A stretch of 64,000 bases of DNA from Escherichia coli (GTDB lineage Bacteria > Pseudomonadota > Gammaproteobacteria > Enterobacterales > Enterobacteriaceae), in NCBI RefSeq assembly GCF_044647545.1, contig NZ_CP172818.1; one strand, written 5' to 3'. The notes under the pieces were generated by a model, which was not told where the DNA came from, made no database searches, and saw only the letters and a program-made list of their open reading frames with translations. A program made the position numbers and the translations under genes. Each line of letters starts with the position of its first letter. Within the stretch, counting starts at the first letter, position 1. This document shows positions 27,601-45,127 of this stretch, piece after piece.

Positions 27601-28001
27601 TTCGCCGTGATGTTAAGCGCAGAACCGATACATACAGCCTGACGATAGCAGCCTGGCGTACCGCTGGTGACTTCGCAGCTATGCAGTAATACCGCATTGG
27701 CTTTCATTTTCGAGGCGTTGATTTGCATCCGCTTACGTGCGGTTGGAATGCTCGGCGGAGAGTCCTGATTAGAGGCCTGGCAAGAGTCGCCACTGACTTC
27801 ACCGAGATCGCGGAACGGTTTGCCGACTAATTCTTCTGCATTGGTATAAATTCGGACCGGCGTGGCGCGCGGCGCTTTCGGTTTTGCAGGCTCCGCTTTC
27901 GGCTGGGGTGCAGTGCTTTGAACGGGTTCGACAGGGGATCTGCTTAACATGGAACAGCCGCTTAGCATGAGTGCTACTAAACAGATCGGTAAAGCACGCA
28001 T
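27597..28001 (-). CDS. rcsF: outer membrane lipoprotein RcsF (Rcs phosphorelay sensor)
   Basis: 134-aa ORF; lipobox LSGC; Pro/Lys-rich linker; 4-nt overlap with tsaA. Confidence 0.93.
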   Translation of the reverse strand: MRALPICLVALMLSGCSMLSRSPVEPVQSTAPQPKAEPAKPKAPRATPVRIYTNAEELVGKPFRDLGEVSGDSCQASNQDSPPSIPTARKRMQINASKMKANAVLLHSCEVTSGTPGCYRQAVCIGSALNITAK

Positions 28002-28063
28002 AGTATTTCCTCAATGTATGATCAAAACGTCAATATTGAATCAGGCGCTTGTAAAAATGACAA

Positions 28064-28081
28064 GACGGGCAAGCGCCCGTC
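28064..28081 (-). terminator. hairpin downstream of metQ
   Basis: GACGGGC-AAGC-GCCCGTC perfect 7-bp stem. Confidence 0.45.
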
Positions 28082-28118
28082 CTGAATGATATTACAAATT
28101 GTGGAAACAGCCTAAATA

Positions 28119-28934
28119 TTACCAGCCTTTAACAGCGCCGCCGTTAAACACTTTGTTTGCTGCTTCGTAAACTTCGTCAGACTGATAAGCCTGAACGAAT
28201 TTCTTCACGTTTTCGGCGTCTTTGTTGTCTTCACGCGTTACGATCAGGTTTACGTACGGGGACTCTTTATCTTCGACAAAGATACCGTCTTTCGCTGGAG
28301 TCAGGCCAATCTGGCTGGCATAGGTGGTATTGATAACTGCCAGAGCGATTTGCGCGTCGTCCAGAGAGCGCGGCAGCTGCGGTGCTTCCAGTTCAACAAT
28401 TTTCAGATTTTTTGGGTTCTCAACAACATCAAGAACGGTCGGCAGCAGGCCAACGCCATCTTTCAGTTTGATCAAGCCCACTTTTTGCAGCAGCAGCAGT
28501 GAACGACCAAGGTTAGTTGGGTCGTTTGGCACGGCAACCTGCGAACCATCCTGCAGTTCATCCAGTGATTTGATTTTCTTGGAGTAACCTGCAATCGGAT
28601 AAACAAAAGTGTTGCCTACTGCGACCAGTTTGTAGCCACGATCTTTCAGTTGCTGATCAAGGTACGGTTTATGCTGGAAGGCGTTGGCGTCGATATCGCC
28701 TTTGCTCAATGCTTCGTTTGGCAGAACATAGTCGTTGAAGGTTACCAGCTCAACGTCCAGGCCATATTTGTCTTTCGCAACTTTCTGCGCGACTTCTGCA
28801 ACCTGCTGTTCGGCACCAACAATCACGCCGACTTTAATGTGGTTTGGATCTTTTTCATCCTGACCGCAGCCTACCAGTGCCAGTGATCCAATCAGGGCTC
28901 CCACTGCCGCAAAGGTTTTGAATTTGAACGCCAT
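28119..28934 (-). CDS. metQ: D-methionine ABC transporter substrate-binding lipoprotein
   Basis: 271-aa ORF; lipobox LVGC. Confidence 0.95.
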   Translation of the reverse strand: MAFKFKTFAAVGALIGSLALVGCGQDEKDPNHIKVGVIVGAEQQVAEVAQKVAKDKYGLDVELVTFNDYVLPNEALSKGDIDANAFQHKPYLDQQLKDRGYKLVAVGNTFVYPIAGYSKKIKSLDELQDGSQVAVPNDPTNLGRSLLLLQKVGLIKLKDGVGLLPTVLDVVENPKNLKIVELEAPQLPRSLDDAQIALAVINTTYASQIGLTPAKDGIFVEDKESPYVNLIVTREDNKDAENVKKFVQAYQSDEVYEAANKVFNGGAVKGW

Positions 28935-28973
28935 ACCTTATTCCTTCTTCAATTATTTATGTTGTGTTGAACG

Positions 28974-29627
28974 TTACTTGCGAGTGACAGCCCGGACGAT
29001 GCGGTCGCCTGCGAACTGAATTAAATAAACCAGAATGACCAGCAATACCAGTACCGTATTCATCACCGTCGCGTTGTAGCCGATGTAGCCATACTGATAG
29101 CCAATCTGACCTAAACCACCGGCACCGACTGCACCACCCATCGCGGAATAACCGACCAGGGTAATCAGGGTGATAGTCGCAGCATTCACCAGACCCGGCA
29201 ATGCTTCCGGTAACAGCACTTTACGGACGATCTGCATCGGCGTGGCACCCATTGCGCGGGAAGCTTCAATTAACCCGGTTGGGATCTCCAGCAGAGCGTT
29301 CTCGACCATACGGGCAATAAACGGTGCTGCACCAACGGTTAACGGAACAATCGCTGCCTGCAAACCAATCGATGTACCGACAATAACTCGGGTAAACGGA
29401 ATCATCCATACCAGCAAGATAATGAACGGGATAGAACGGAAAATGTTCACAATCGCAGAAACGGTACGATACAGCTTCGCGTTAGCAATAATTTGCCCCG
29501 GACGCGTGACATAAAGCAGGACGCCAACCGGCAGACCAATCACAAACCCAAAAAATCCGGATACGAAGGTCATTGCCAGCGTTTCCCATACGCCACGAAC
29601 CAGCAGCCACATCATCGGCTCAGACAT
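28974..29627 (-). CDS. metI: D-methionine ABC transporter permease
   Basis: 217-aa hydrophobic ORF. Confidence 0.95.
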   Translation of the reverse strand: MSEPMMWLLVRGVWETLAMTFVSGFFGFVIGLPVGVLLYVTRPGQIIANAKLYRTVSAIVNIFRSIPFIILLVWMIPFTRVIVGTSIGLQAAIVPLTVGAAPFIARMVENALLEIPTGLIEASRAMGATPMQIVRKVLLPEALPGLVNAATITLITLVGYSAMGGAVGAGGLGQIGYQYGYIGYNATVMNTVLVLLVILVYLIQFAGDRIVRAVTRK

Positions 29628-30651
29628 AACCCAGTACCTCTACTTTTACATGGTGTTCCTGCAGCCAGGCAATGGCGGCTTGCGTATCTTGTTGTGTACC
29701 GTGCATTTCAGTCAGCATGATGCCGAACTTAACGCCACCGGCGTAATCCATCTGCGCACTAATAATGTTGTTGTTGACGTTGAAACGACGCGCGGTTTCA
29801 GAAAGCAGCGGGGCATCAACCGATTGACCGGTAAACTCCAGACGCAGCATTGGCACGCAGTCAGCGAATGGTTCCGCTTGCAGACGTTCTTGATAATCTT
29901 CCGGGATATCCAGATGCAGGGTCGACTGAATAAACTTCTGCGCCAGCGGCGTTTTCGGATGCGAGAACACTTCACTTACCGTGTCCTGCTCGATCAACTC
30001 GCCATTACTGATCACCGCCACGCAATCACAAATGCGCTTCACAACGTCCATTTCGTGGGTGATCAACAGAATCGTCAAACCCAGACGACGATTGATGTCT
30101 TTCAGCAGTTCGAGAATAGAACGTGTCGTTGCCGGGTCCAGCGCGCTGGTGGCTTCATCACACAGCAATACTTTGGGATTGCTGGCTAATGCACGGGCAA
30201 TCGCCACACGTTGTTTCTGCCCACCGGAAAGATTCGACGGGTAGCTATCATGCTTATCGCCAAGACCAACCAATGACAGCAATTCCGTCACGCGACGTTT
30301 GATCTCGTCTTTCGGTGTGTTGTCCAGCTCCAGCGGCAGAGCAACGTTGCCAAAAACAGTACGCGAAGAGAGCAGGTTAAAATGCTGGAAAATCATACCA
30401 ATCTGGCGACGAGCTTTGGTCAACTCGGATTCTGACAGCGTGGTCAGTTCCTGGCCATCGACCAGCACGCTACCCTCGGTTGGGCGCTCCAGCAGGTTTA
30501 CACAACGTATAAGCGTACTCTTACCCGCGCCTGAGGCACCGATAACGCCATAAATTTGTCCAGCTGGCACATGCAGGCTGACGTTGTTCAACGCCTGGAT
30601 GGTGCGGGTGCCCTGGTGGAACACTTTGGTGATATTCGAAAGTTTTATCAT
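29620..30651 (-). CDS. metN: D-methionine ABC transporter ATPase
   Basis: 343-aa ORF; Walker [13 protein letters not shown] signature LSGGQKQR. Confidence 0.95.
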   Translation of the reverse strand: MIKLSNITKVFHQGTRTIQALNNVSLHVPAGQIYGVIGASGAGKSTLIRCVNLLERPTEGSVLVDGQELTTLSESELTKARRQIGMIFQHFNLLSSRTVFGNVALPLELDNTPKDEIKRRVTELLSLVGLGDKHDSYPSNLSGGQKQRVAIARALASNPKVLLCDEATSALDPATTRSILELLKDINRRLGLTILLITHEMDVVKRICDCVAVISNGELIEQDTVSEVFSHPKTPLAQKFIQSTLHLDIPEDYQERLQAEPFADCVPMLRLEFTGQSVDAPLLSETARRFNVNNNIISAQMDYAGGVKFGIMLTEMHGTQQDTQAAIAWLQEHHVKVEVLGYV

Positions 30652-30741
30652 TGATTATTTATTATCGTCATTAAGTTAGTCGTGGCATTTCGAATGCCTG
30701 GAACGGGCAACGCCGTCAATGAAATGGATGTTAAGGCATCC

Positions 30742-30757
30742 AGACGTCTAAATCAAT
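30742..30757 (-). promoter_or_regulatory. MetJ operator (tandem met boxes) upstream of metN
   Basis: AGACGTCT followed by AAATCAAT, matching the AGACGTCT met-box consensus. Confidence 0.6.
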
Positions 30758-30838
30758 CAGGTTTATGCGAAGAGCACTTTCTTGCAGGTCGAAACATGCG
30801 ATACTAGCGTCACATGCCTTATTAAGGAGCTATAAAAG

Positions 30839-31411
30839 GTGGCGAAGAGCGTACCCGCAATTTTTCTTGACCGTGATGGCACCATTAATGTCGATCACGG
30901 CTATGTCCATGAGATCGACAACTTTGAATTTATCGACGGTGTTATTGACGCCATGCGCGAGCTAAAAAAAATGGGCTTTGCGCTGGTGGTAGTAACCAAC
31001 CAGTCTGGCATTGCTCGCGGTAAATTTACTGAAGCACAGTTTGAAACGCTGACCGAGTGGATGGACTGGTCGCTGGCGGACCGCGATGTCGATCTGGATG
31101 GTATCTATTATTGCCCGCATCATCCGCAGGGTAGTGTTGAAGAGTTTCGCCAGGTCTGCGACTGCCGCAAACCACATCCGGGGATGCTTTTATCGGCACG
31201 CGATTATTTGCATATTGATATGGCCGCTTCTTATATGGTGGGCGATAAATTAGAAGATATGCAGGCAGCGGCTGCGGCGAACGTGGGAACAAAAGTGCTG
31301 GTGCGTACGGGTAAACCTGTTACGCCTGAAGCAGAAAACGCGGCGGATTGGGTGTTAAATAGCCTGGCAGACCTGCCGCAAGCGATAAAAAAGCAGCAAA
31401 AACCGGCGTAA
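30839..31411 (+). CDS. gmhB: D,D-heptose 1,7-bisphosphate phosphatase (GTG start)
   Basis: 190-aa ORF; HAD motif FLDRDGTIN. Confidence 0.9.
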   Translation: MAKSVPAIFLDRDGTINVDHGYVHEIDNFEFIDGVIDAMRELKKMGFALVVVTNQSGIARGKFTEAQFETLTEWMDWSLADRDVDLDGIYYCPHHPQGSVEEFRQVCDCRKPHPGMLLSARDYLHIDMAASYMVGDKLEDMQAAAAANVGTKVLVRTGKPVTPEAENAADWVLNSLADLPQAIKKQQKPA

Positions 31412-31454
31412 TGATTAAAAGATGAGCGGTTGAAATAAAAATGCATTTTTCCGC

Positions 31455-31482
31455 TTGTCTTCCTGAGCCGACTCCCTATAAT
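31455..31482 (+). promoter_or_regulatory. rrnH P1 promoter
   Basis: -35 TTGTCT, 16-nt spacer, -10 TATAAT; AT-rich UP region upstream. Confidence 0.7.
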
Positions 31483-31564
31483 GCGCCTCCATCGACACGG
31501 CGGATGTGAATCACTTCACACAAACAGCCGGTTCGGTTGAAGAGAAAAATCCTGAAATTCAGGG

Positions 31565-31592
31565 TTGACTCTGAAAGAGGAAAGCGTAATAT
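31565..31592 (+). promoter_or_regulatory. rrnH P2 promoter
   Basis: -35 TTGACT, 16-nt spacer, -10 TAATAT. Confidence 0.7.
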
Positions 31593-31776
31593 ACGCCACC
31601 TCGCGACAGTGAACTGAAAGCCGCGTCGCAACTGCTCTTTAACAATTTATCAGACAATCTGTGTGGGCACTCGAAGATACGGATTCTTAACGTCGCAAGA
31701 CGAAAAATGAATACCAAGTCTCAAGAGTGAACACGTAATTCATTACGAAGTTTAATTCTTTGAGCATCAAACTTTT

Positions 31777-33318
<1,542 letters not shown>

Positions 33319-33386
33319 CCTTAAAGAAGCGTACTTTGCAGTGCTCACACAGATTGTCTGATGAAAATGAGCAGTAAAACCTCTAC

Positions 33387-33463
<77 letters not shown>

Positions 33464-33505
33464 AATTTGCACCGCAAATTTGAAGAGGTTTTAACTACAT
33501 GTTAT

Positions 33506-33581
33506 GGGGCTATAGCTCAGCTGGGAGAGCGCCTGCTTTGCACGCAGGAGGTCTGCGGTTCGATCCCGCATAGCTCCACCA
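33506..33581 (+). tRNA. alaV: tRNA-Ala (TGC)
   Basis: GGGGCTATAGCTCAGCTGGG...CTCCACCA, 76 nt. Confidence 0.95.
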
Positions 33582-33765
33582 TCTCTGTAGTGATTAAATA
33601 AAAAATACTTCAGAGTGTACCTGCAAAGGTTCACTGCGAAGTTTTGCTCTTTAAAAATCTGGATCAAGCTGAAAATTGAAACACTGAATAGCCGAAAGTT
33701 ATTCGTGAGTCTCTCAAATTTTCGCAACACGATGATGAATCGAAAGAAACATCTTCGGGTTGTGA

Positions 33766-36669
<2,904 letters not shown>

Positions 36670-36768
36670 ACAACGCCGAAGGTGTTTTGGCGGAAGAGAC
36701 ATCGACAAGTAAGCTTGATACAGATTAAATCGACAGGTCAGAACAGGACGTGTTGATAAAACAGAATT

Positions 36769-36888
36769 TGCCTGGCGGCCGTAGCGCGGTGGTCCCACCT
36801 GACCCCATGCCGAACTCAGAAGTGAAACGCCGTAGCGCCGATGGTAGTGTGGGGTCTCCCCATGCGAGAGTAGGGAACTGCCAGGCAT
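36769..36888 (+). rRNA. rrfH: 5S ribosomal RNA
   Basis: TGCCTGGCGGCCGTAGCGCGG ... AACTGCCAGGCAT; 120 nt. Confidence 0.97.
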
Positions 36889-36940
36889 CAAATTAAGCAG
36901 TAAGCCGGTCATAAAACCGGTGGTTGTAAAAGAATTCGGT

Positions 36941-37017
36941 GGAGCGGTAGTTCAGTCGGTTAGAATACCTGCCTGTCACGCAGGGGGTCGCGGGTTCGAG
37001 TCCCGTCCGTTCCGCCA
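36941..37017 (+). tRNA. aspU: tRNA-Asp (GTC)
   Basis: GGAGCGGTAGTTCAGTCGGTTAGAATACC...TCCGCCA, 77 nt, distal to 5S. Confidence 0.95.
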
Positions 37018-37028
37018 CTTATTAAGAA

Positions 37029-37057
37029 GCCTCGAGTTAACGCTCGAGGTTTTTTTT
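37029..37057 (+). terminator. rrnH operon rho-independent terminator
   Basis: GCCTCGAG-TTAAC-GCTCGAGG hairpin followed by T8. Confidence 0.8.
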
Positions 37058-37179
37058 CGTCTATATTTCTATTATTGCTTAAATCGCAAAAATCCTCTGC
37101 GTTTTACGCCCTTTTTCCGCAACATTCTAAAGCCCATAATCACTTCAGTTAACGAAAATAGCATTAAAAGAGGCATATT

Positions 37180-37983
37180 ATGGCTATCCCTGCATTTGGT
37201 TTAGGTACTTTCCGTCTGAAAGACGACGTTGTTATTTCATCTGTGAAAACGGCGCTTGAACTTGGTTATCGCGCAATTGATACCGCACAAATCTATGATA
37301 ACGAAGCCGCAGTAGGTCAGGCGATTGCAGAAAGTGGCGTGCCACGTCATGAACTCTACATCACCACTAAAATCTGGATTGAAAATCTCAGCAAAGACAA
37401 ATTGATCCCGAGTCTGAAAGAGAGCCTGCAAAAATTGCGTATCGATTATGTTGATCTGACGCTAATCCACTGGCCGTCACCAAACGATGAAGTCTCTGTT
37501 GAAGAGTTTATGCAGGCGCTGCTGGAAGCCAAAAAACAAGGGCTGACGCGTGAGATCGGTATTTCCAACTTCACGATCCCATTGATGGAAAAGGCGATTG
37601 CTGCTGTTGGCGCTGAAAACATCGCTACTAACCAGATTGAACTCTCACCTTATCTGCAAAACCGTAAAGTGGTCGCCTGGGCTAAACAGCACGGCATCCA
37701 TATTACTTCCTATATGACGCTGGCGTATGGTAAGGCCCTGAAAGATGAGGTTATTGCTCGTATCGCAGCTAAACACAATGCGACTCCGGCACAAGTGATT
37801 CTGGCGTGGGCTATGGGGGAAGGTTACTCCGTAATTCCTTCTTCTACTAAACGTAAAAACCTGGAAAGTAATCTTAAGGCACAAAATTTACAGCTTGATG
37901 CCGAAGATAAAAAAGCGATCGCCGCACTGGATTGCAACGACCGCCTGGTTAGCCCGGAAGGTCTGGCTCCTGAATGGGATTAA
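37180..37983 (+). CDS. dkgB: 2,5-diketo-D-gluconate reductase B (aldo-keto reductase)
   Basis: 267-aa [25 protein letters not shown]. Confidence 0.93.
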   Translation: MAIPAFGLGTFRLKDDVVISSVKTALELGYRAIDTAQIYDNEAAVGQAIAESGVPRHELYITTKIWIENLSKDKLIPSLKESLQKLRIDYVDLTLIHWPSPNDEVSVEEFMQALLEAKKQGLTREIGISNFTIPLMEKAIAAVGAENIATNQIELSPYLQNRKVVAWAKQHGIHITSYMTLAYGKALKDEVIARIAAKHNATPAQVILAWAMGEGYSVIPSSTKRKNLESNLKAQNLQLDAEDKKAIAALDCNDRLVSPEGLAPEWD

Positions 37984-38894
37984 GCCTCTCTGACAGCTCC
38001 TCCGGGAGCTGTTTTTACATGCTCGCTAAGGAAATCGATAAAAGCCCGGATGCGTGTACTTACCGCACGGTCGCTGTAATATACGGCACTGAATGGCATT
38101 TCCACTGGCAATACTTTATCTGCCATTAACTCCACCAATTCTCCGCGAGCGATTTCTCTGTCGATCATGTAGTCGGACAAACACGCAATCCCGTTGCCAC
38201 TCAGGCAAAGCTGTTTCAGTGTTTCCCCACTATTGGATGACAAACCGTACTTCACCTCATGTAATTGTCCATCACTACAGGCTATCGGCCAGGTATTGAG
38301 GGAAGCGGGTTCAGTGAATCCCAGGCAAATATGTTGCTTTAAATCGTCGATCGTTTCTGGCTTCCCGTAGCGGGAAATATAATCGGGGGAGGCGATAATT
38401 TTTCGATAACTGTTAAATAACGGCCTGGCACGTAAGCTGGAATCCGTTAACGTACCGGCGCGTATCGCGACATCCACTTTTCTTTCGATCAAATTAATAA
38501 TCGTTTCGGAGGAGACTAGCGATAAAGTGACTTCCGGATAGCGTTCACGAAAAGGCTTAATCAACGGCATCAGAAAGTGCAGCACCACTGGAGTTGCGGC
38601 ATCGATCCGTAACAGTCCACGCGGTGTATTACGCGTCTCCATAATTTCTGATTCTGCCGCTGCCATCTCCTGCAAAATTGACTGTACGCGACGAAAATAA
38701 CGCTCGCCTTCTTCCGTCAGGCTAAGTTGTCGCGTGGTCCGATTAAGCAGGCTAACGCCAAGTTTCATCTCCAGCTTTTTCACCGCCCGGCTTACCGCTG
38801 AGTTTGCTTGCCCTAATTGTTCCGCTGCCCGGCTAAAGCTGCCGCTTTCGACGACTGAAACAAAAATGGCGAGTTCTTCCGACGTGGCTTTCAT
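37980..38894 (-). CDS. yafC: LysR-family transcriptional regulator
   Basis: 304-aa ORF with N-terminal HTH; stop codons of dkgB and yafC overlap. Confidence 0.9.
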   Translation of the reverse strand: MKATSEELAIFVSVVESGSFSRAAEQLGQANSAVSRAVKKLEMKLGVSLLNRTTRQLSLTEEGERYFRRVQSILQEMAAAESEIMETRNTPRGLLRIDAATPVVLHFLMPLIKPFRERYPEVTLSLVSSETIINLIERKVDVAIRAGTLTDSSLRARPLFNSYRKIIASPDYISRYGKPETIDDLKQHICLGFTEPASLNTWPIACSDGQLHEVKYGLSSNSGETLKQLCLSGNGIACLSDYMIDREIARGELVELMADKVLPVEMPFSAVYYSDRAVSTRIRAFIDFLSEHVKTAPGGAVREA

Positions 38895-39083
38895 TTTTGC
38901 TCCTGTTGCAAAATAGAAGAGATATTTTGAATTTATTTGTCATTAAACCATCAGGATGCGAGATATGTCATCCGATTTAATGTTCTCAATAATGAGCAAA
39001 TTTCTGACCGGTGTAAGCACTTGCTTACATAGCAATATACAATTGCTCGTTGAAAGAGTGAGCTAAAATCCCTATAACAGTAG

Positions 39084-39935
<852 letters not shown>

Positions 39936-39938
39936 GGT

Positions 39939-40610
39939 ATGTCAGGTCTGCCACAGGGCAGACCAACGTTTGGCCCCCTTTAAAAAAAAAAAGACACCAA
40001 TACAACACAACAAAAAAAAAGCGCTGCGCAAAACGTGAGCGCGGTGGTGGCGTATGACTTATCTGCCCAAATGCTGGATGTCGTGGCACAAGCTGCCGAA
40101 GCCGGGCACCTGAAAAATATCGCCACCCGCCAGGGATATGCCGAAAGTCTGCCATTTGCCGATAACGCATTTGATATTGTTATCAGCCGTTATTCTGCCC
40201 ATCACTGGCATGATGTTGGTGCAGCACTGCGAGAAGTGAATAGGATATTGAAACCTGGCGGTAGGCTGATTGTGATGGACGTAATGTCTCCGGGTCACCC
40301 AGTGCGCGACGTCTGGTTACAGACGGTAGAAGCATTACGCGATACCTCTCACGTACGAAACTACGCCAGCGGTGAGTGGTTGACGTTAATCAATGAAGCC
40401 AATCTGATAGTTGATAATTTAATTACAGATAAGTTACCGCTGGAATTTTCTTCATGGGTCGCGAGAATGCGTACGCCAGAAGCGTTAGTAGACGCTATTC
40501 GCATTTACCAACAGAGCGCATCGACAGAGGTGAGAACGTATTTTGCCTTGCAGAATGACGGCTCTTTCACCAGTGATATCATCATGGTAGAAGCACATAA
40601 AGCGGCATAA
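39939..40610 (+). pseudogene. yafE: truncated/interrupted SAM-dependent methyltransferase
   Basis: ATG at 39939 is in frame with the methyltransferase body (GTG 40035 to stop 40610) but separated by a 48-nt A-rich tract with in-frame TAA (39981-39983); body lacks Gly-rich motif I. Confidence 0.7.
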
Positions 40611-40657
40611 ATAAAAAAGGCACCGGGGGAATCGGTGCCTTTTGATTATCTGATTTG

Positions 40658-42016
40658 TCAGGAATCTGGCATGTTGTTGTTTTTCACAAACAACGTCAGC
40701 TTATCGCCTGGTTGCAGATTCGCAGTGTCGCTGTTCCAGCGCATCACATCTTTGATGTTCACGCCGTGGCGTTTAGCAATGCTTGAAAGCGAATCGCCTT
40801 TGCGCACACGATACGTAATGCTATCGCTGTTGTTTGCCAGTCGCTGTGCGCTACTGCCTGCGCCAATCGTCAAACTTTGGCCTGGCTTCAGCTTAGATCC
40901 GCGCAGTTTGTTCCACTGCTGCAAATCTTTGGTGCTTACGCCGAGACGTGAAGCGATACTTGAAAGCGTGTCGCCAGAGCGTACGGTGTAAACACGGCTG
41001 TTAAGCGGCGTATTGTCGGCAACCAGCGTCGACTGTACAGCAGCAATTTCGCCTGAAGCCAGAGATTCACGCAGTTGATCTGCATGCTTCTTTGGCACCA
41101 TCACGTACTGCGGACCACTTGCGCCCAGCGTGGAGCCTTTCACGCCTGCGTTGAATGTCTTCAGCTTGCTGACGGAAATCCCCGCCATATCTGCAACCTT
41201 CGCCATTTCAACCGGGCTGCTCAGGTGCACACGCGCCAGAGCACGGCTTTCATCGGTCGTTGGCAGACGTACGCCATAACGCTTGCTGTTTTTGAGAATA
41301 TCACTCAATGCCAGCATTTTAGGCACGTACTGCTTCGTTTCCTGCGGCAACGGTAACGACCAGAAGTCCGTGGATTTCCCACGCGCTTTGTTCGTTTTAA
41401 TTGCCTTCATGACCCGACCTTCGCCGCTGTTATAAGCCGCTACGGTCAGAAGCCAGTCGCCGTCAAACATCTTGTTCAGACGCTGCATCATGTTCAGCGC
41501 GGCAGTTGTTGAAGCAACAACATCGCGACGCGCGTCATAATTGCGGGTCTGTTTCAAACCATAATTGCGCCCCGTGCTCGGAATGATCTGCCAGATGCCC
41601 GCGGCATTGGCGCCAGACGTTGCGTGAGGATCAAAAGCGCTCTCCACTATGGGTAGTAGTACCAGTTCCATAGGCATGTTACGTTTTTTAACTTGCCCGG
41701 CTATCCAGTACATATACGGCTCTGCCCGTAAAGTTACATCGTGGAGATAGCTCTTATTGCGTAAATATTTCTGTTTCTGTTCGCGAATCCGGTCGTTTTC
41801 CGGAATTCCCATCTTTAGCTCGTCGCCAATGAAAGCCCACAAGTCACCATCTGGCGCGATAGACGTCCCATCGTCCATCCATCGTGCCTGACTTGTAAAC
41901 TTTGCTGCTTCCCCTTGACCAGCTGCAGAAAGGCTCTGTGCGTGCTGTTGAACGTTGCCGGTGCTCTGGCAACCCACGAGCAGGACAGAGGCGAGTAATA
42001 TCGCTTTTGCCTTCAT
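40658..42016 (-). CDS. mltD: membrane-bound lytic murein transglycosylase D
   Basis: 452-aa ORF; lipobox LVGC; C-terminal LysM repeats. Confidence 0.93.
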   Translation of the reverse strand: MKAKAILLASVLLVGCQSTGNVQQHAQSLSAAGQGEAAKFTSQARWMDDGTSIAPDGDLWAFIGDELKMGIPENDRIREQKQKYLRNKSYLHDVTLRAEPYMYWIAGQVKKRNMPMELVLLPIVESAFDPHATSGANAAGIWQIIPSTGRNYGLKQTRNYDARRDVVASTTAALNMMQRLNKMFDGDWLLTVAAYNSGEGRVMKAIKTNKARGKSTDFWSLPLPQETKQYVPKMLALSDILKNSKRYGVRLPTTDESRALARVHLSSPVEMAKVADMAGISVSKLKTFNAGVKGSTLGASGPQYVMVPKKHADQLRESLASGEIAAVQSTLVADNTPLNSRVYTVRSGDTLSSIASRLGVSTKDLQQWNKLRGSKLKPGQSLTIGAGSSAQRLANNSDSITYRVRKGDSLSSIAKRHGVNIKDVMRWNSDTANLQPGDKLTLFVKNNNMPDS

Positions 42017-42087
42017 GTGTGTGTCAATAGTTGCTTAAAAGACGACCGATCATAACGGCGAACGGAGCCGATGACAAGAAAGTTTTA

Positions 42088-42846
<759 letters not shown>

Positions 42847-42876
42847 TTACCTCTCAGTGTGAAACGGAAGGTTGTG

Positions 42877-43599
42877 ATGAAACCGGCAAGAGTCCCTCAA
42901 ACTGTCGTGGCTCCTGATTGCTGGGGCGATTTGCCCTGGGGAGAGCTTTATCGCAAGGCGCTGGAGCGCCAGCTCAACCCGTGGTTCACTAAAATGTATG
43001 GTTTTCATCTGCTTAAGATTGGCAATTTAAGCGCAGAAATCAATTGCGAAGCGTGCGCGGTTTCTCATCAAGTGAATGTTTCTGCGCAAGGACTGCCCGT
43101 CCAGGTGCAGGCGGACCCACTTCATCTTCCTTTTGCCGATAAATCCGTTGATGTTTGTCTACTGGCACATACATTGCCGTGGTGCACCGATCCGCATCGT
43201 TTATTGCGTGAAGCCGATCGGGTACTGATTGATGATGGCTGGCTGGTGATTAGTGGCTTCAATCCCATAAGTTTAATGGGATTACGCAAACTTGTACCGG
43301 TATTGCGCAAAACCTCGCCCTATAACAGCCGGATGTTTACTCTGATGCGGCAGCTGGACTGGCTCTCTTTGTTGAATTTTGAAGTGCTACACGCCAGCCG
43401 TTTCCACGTTCTCCCGTGGAACAAACACGGTGGAAAACTATTGAATGCGCATATTCCTGCGCTTGGTTGCTTACAACTTATTGTCGCCCGGAAACGGACT
43501 ATTCCTTTAACGCTAAATCCGATGAAACAGAGTAAAAACAAGCCACGAATTCGCCAGGCGGTTGGAGCCACCCGGCAATGTCGTAAACCACAGGCTTAA
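42877..43599 (+). CDS. yafS: putative SAM-dependent methyltransferase
   Basis: 240 aa from [22 protein letters not shown]; track ORF starts 6 codons upstream. Confidence 0.85.
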
Positions 43600-44063
43600 A
43601 CTTCGACTTGATAGCCCGTATCTTCCAGTGTGGGATTCATCGCTGCGGCACGAGCCAGTTCATCGCAACGTTCGTTTTCTGGATGACCGGCATGGCCTTT
43701 AACCCATTCCCATTTGATTTGATGCTGCCCCAGCGCAGCATCAAGACGTTGCCAGAGATCGACATTTTTTACTGGTTTTTTGTCTGCTGTTTTCCAGCCA
43801 CGTTTTTTCCAGTTATGGATCCACTGGGTGATACCCTGGCGGACATACTGGCTGTCGGTACTCAAAATGACTTCGCAATGTTCTTTTAACGCCTCCAGCG
43901 CGACAATAGCGGCCATCAACTCCATACGGTTGTTGGTGGTGCGGGTGTAGCCTGCGCTAAAGGTTTTCTCGCGTCCGCGATAGCGTAAAATAGCGCCGTA
44001 ACCCCCAGGTCCAGGATTACCCAGACACGAACCATCGGTGAAAATTTCTACCTGTTTAAGCAT
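43596..44063 (-). CDS. rnhA: ribonuclease HI
   Basis: 155 aa from [23 protein letters not shown]; track ORF extends 24 codons upstream. Confidence 0.95.
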
Positions 44064-44127
44064 CTCTGGTAGACTTCCTGTAATTGAATCGAACTGTAAA
44101 ACGACAAGTCTGACATAAATGACCGCT

Positions 44128-44859
44128 ATGAGCACTGCAATTACACGCCAGATCGTTCTCGATACCGAAACTACCGGTATGAACCAGATTGGTGCGCACT
44201 ATGAAGGCCACAAGATCATTGAGATTGGTGCCGTTGAAGTGGTGAACCGTCGCCTGACGGGCAATAACTTCCATGTTTATCTCAAACCCGATCGGCTGGT
44301 GGATCCGGAAGCCTTTGGCGTACATGGTATTGCCGATGAATTTTTGCTCGATAAGCCCACGTTTGCAGAGGTAGCCGATGAGTTCATGGACTATATCCGC
44401 GGCGCGGAGCTGGTGATCCATAACGCAGCGTTCGATATCGGCTTTATGGACTACGAGTTTTCGTTGCTTAAGCGCGATATTCCGAAGACCAATACCTTCT
44501 GTAAGGTCACCGATAGCCTTGCGGTGGCGAGGAAAATGTTTCCCGGTAAGCGCAACAGCCTCGATGCGTTATGTGCCCGCTACGAAATAGATAACAGTAA
44601 ACGAACGTTGCACGGGGCATTACTCGATGCCCAGATCCTTGCGGAAGTTTATCTGGCGATGACTGGTGGTCAAACGTCGATGGCTTTTGCGATGGAAGGA
44701 GAGACACAACAGCAACAAGGTGAAACAACAATTCAGCGCATTGTGCGTCAGGCAAGCAAGTTACGCGTTGTTTTTGCGACAGATGAAGAGCTTGCGGCAC
44801 ATGAAGCCCGTCTCGATCTGGTGCAGAAAAAGGGCGGAAGCTGCCTCTGGCGGGCATAA
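44128..44859 (+). CDS. dnaQ: DNA polymerase III epsilon subunit (3'-5' proofreading exonuclease)
   Basis: 243 aa from [17 protein letters not shown] (Exo I motif); divergent from rnhA. Confidence 0.95.
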
Positions 44860-44991
44860 ATACCTGTAAAAGGCGCTAAAATTAGCGACTTGGGCGATTT
44901 TTGCAGCAAACGATTCAAAAGATGAGAAAAACCGTTGACGAAGGGTGAGGCAATCCGTAATATTCGCCTCGTTCCCAACGGAACACAACGC

Positions 44992-45068
44992 GGAGCGGTA
45001 GTTCAGTCGGTTAGAATACCTGCCTGTCACGCAGGGGGTCGCGGGTTCGAGTCCCGTCCGTTCCGCCA
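44992..45068 (+). tRNA. aspV: tRNA-Asp (GTC)
   Basis: Identical in sequence to the aspU copy at 36941-37017. Confidence 0.95.
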
Positions 45069-45097
45069 AATTCACTCATGAAAATGAGTTCAGAGAA

Positions 45098-45127
45098 CCG
45101 CAAGATTTTTAATTTTGCGGTTTTTTG
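45098..45127 (+). terminator. putative terminator after aspV
   Basis: CCGCAA ... TTGCGG hairpin followed by T6. Confidence 0.5.

Noticed and set aside
39960-39980. Hairpin GGTCTGCCACAGGGCAGACC after yafD as a rho-independent terminator
   Set aside because: It is not followed by a T-run on the transcribed strand (an A-run follows instead), so it is more likely a junction or REP-like structure than a terminator.
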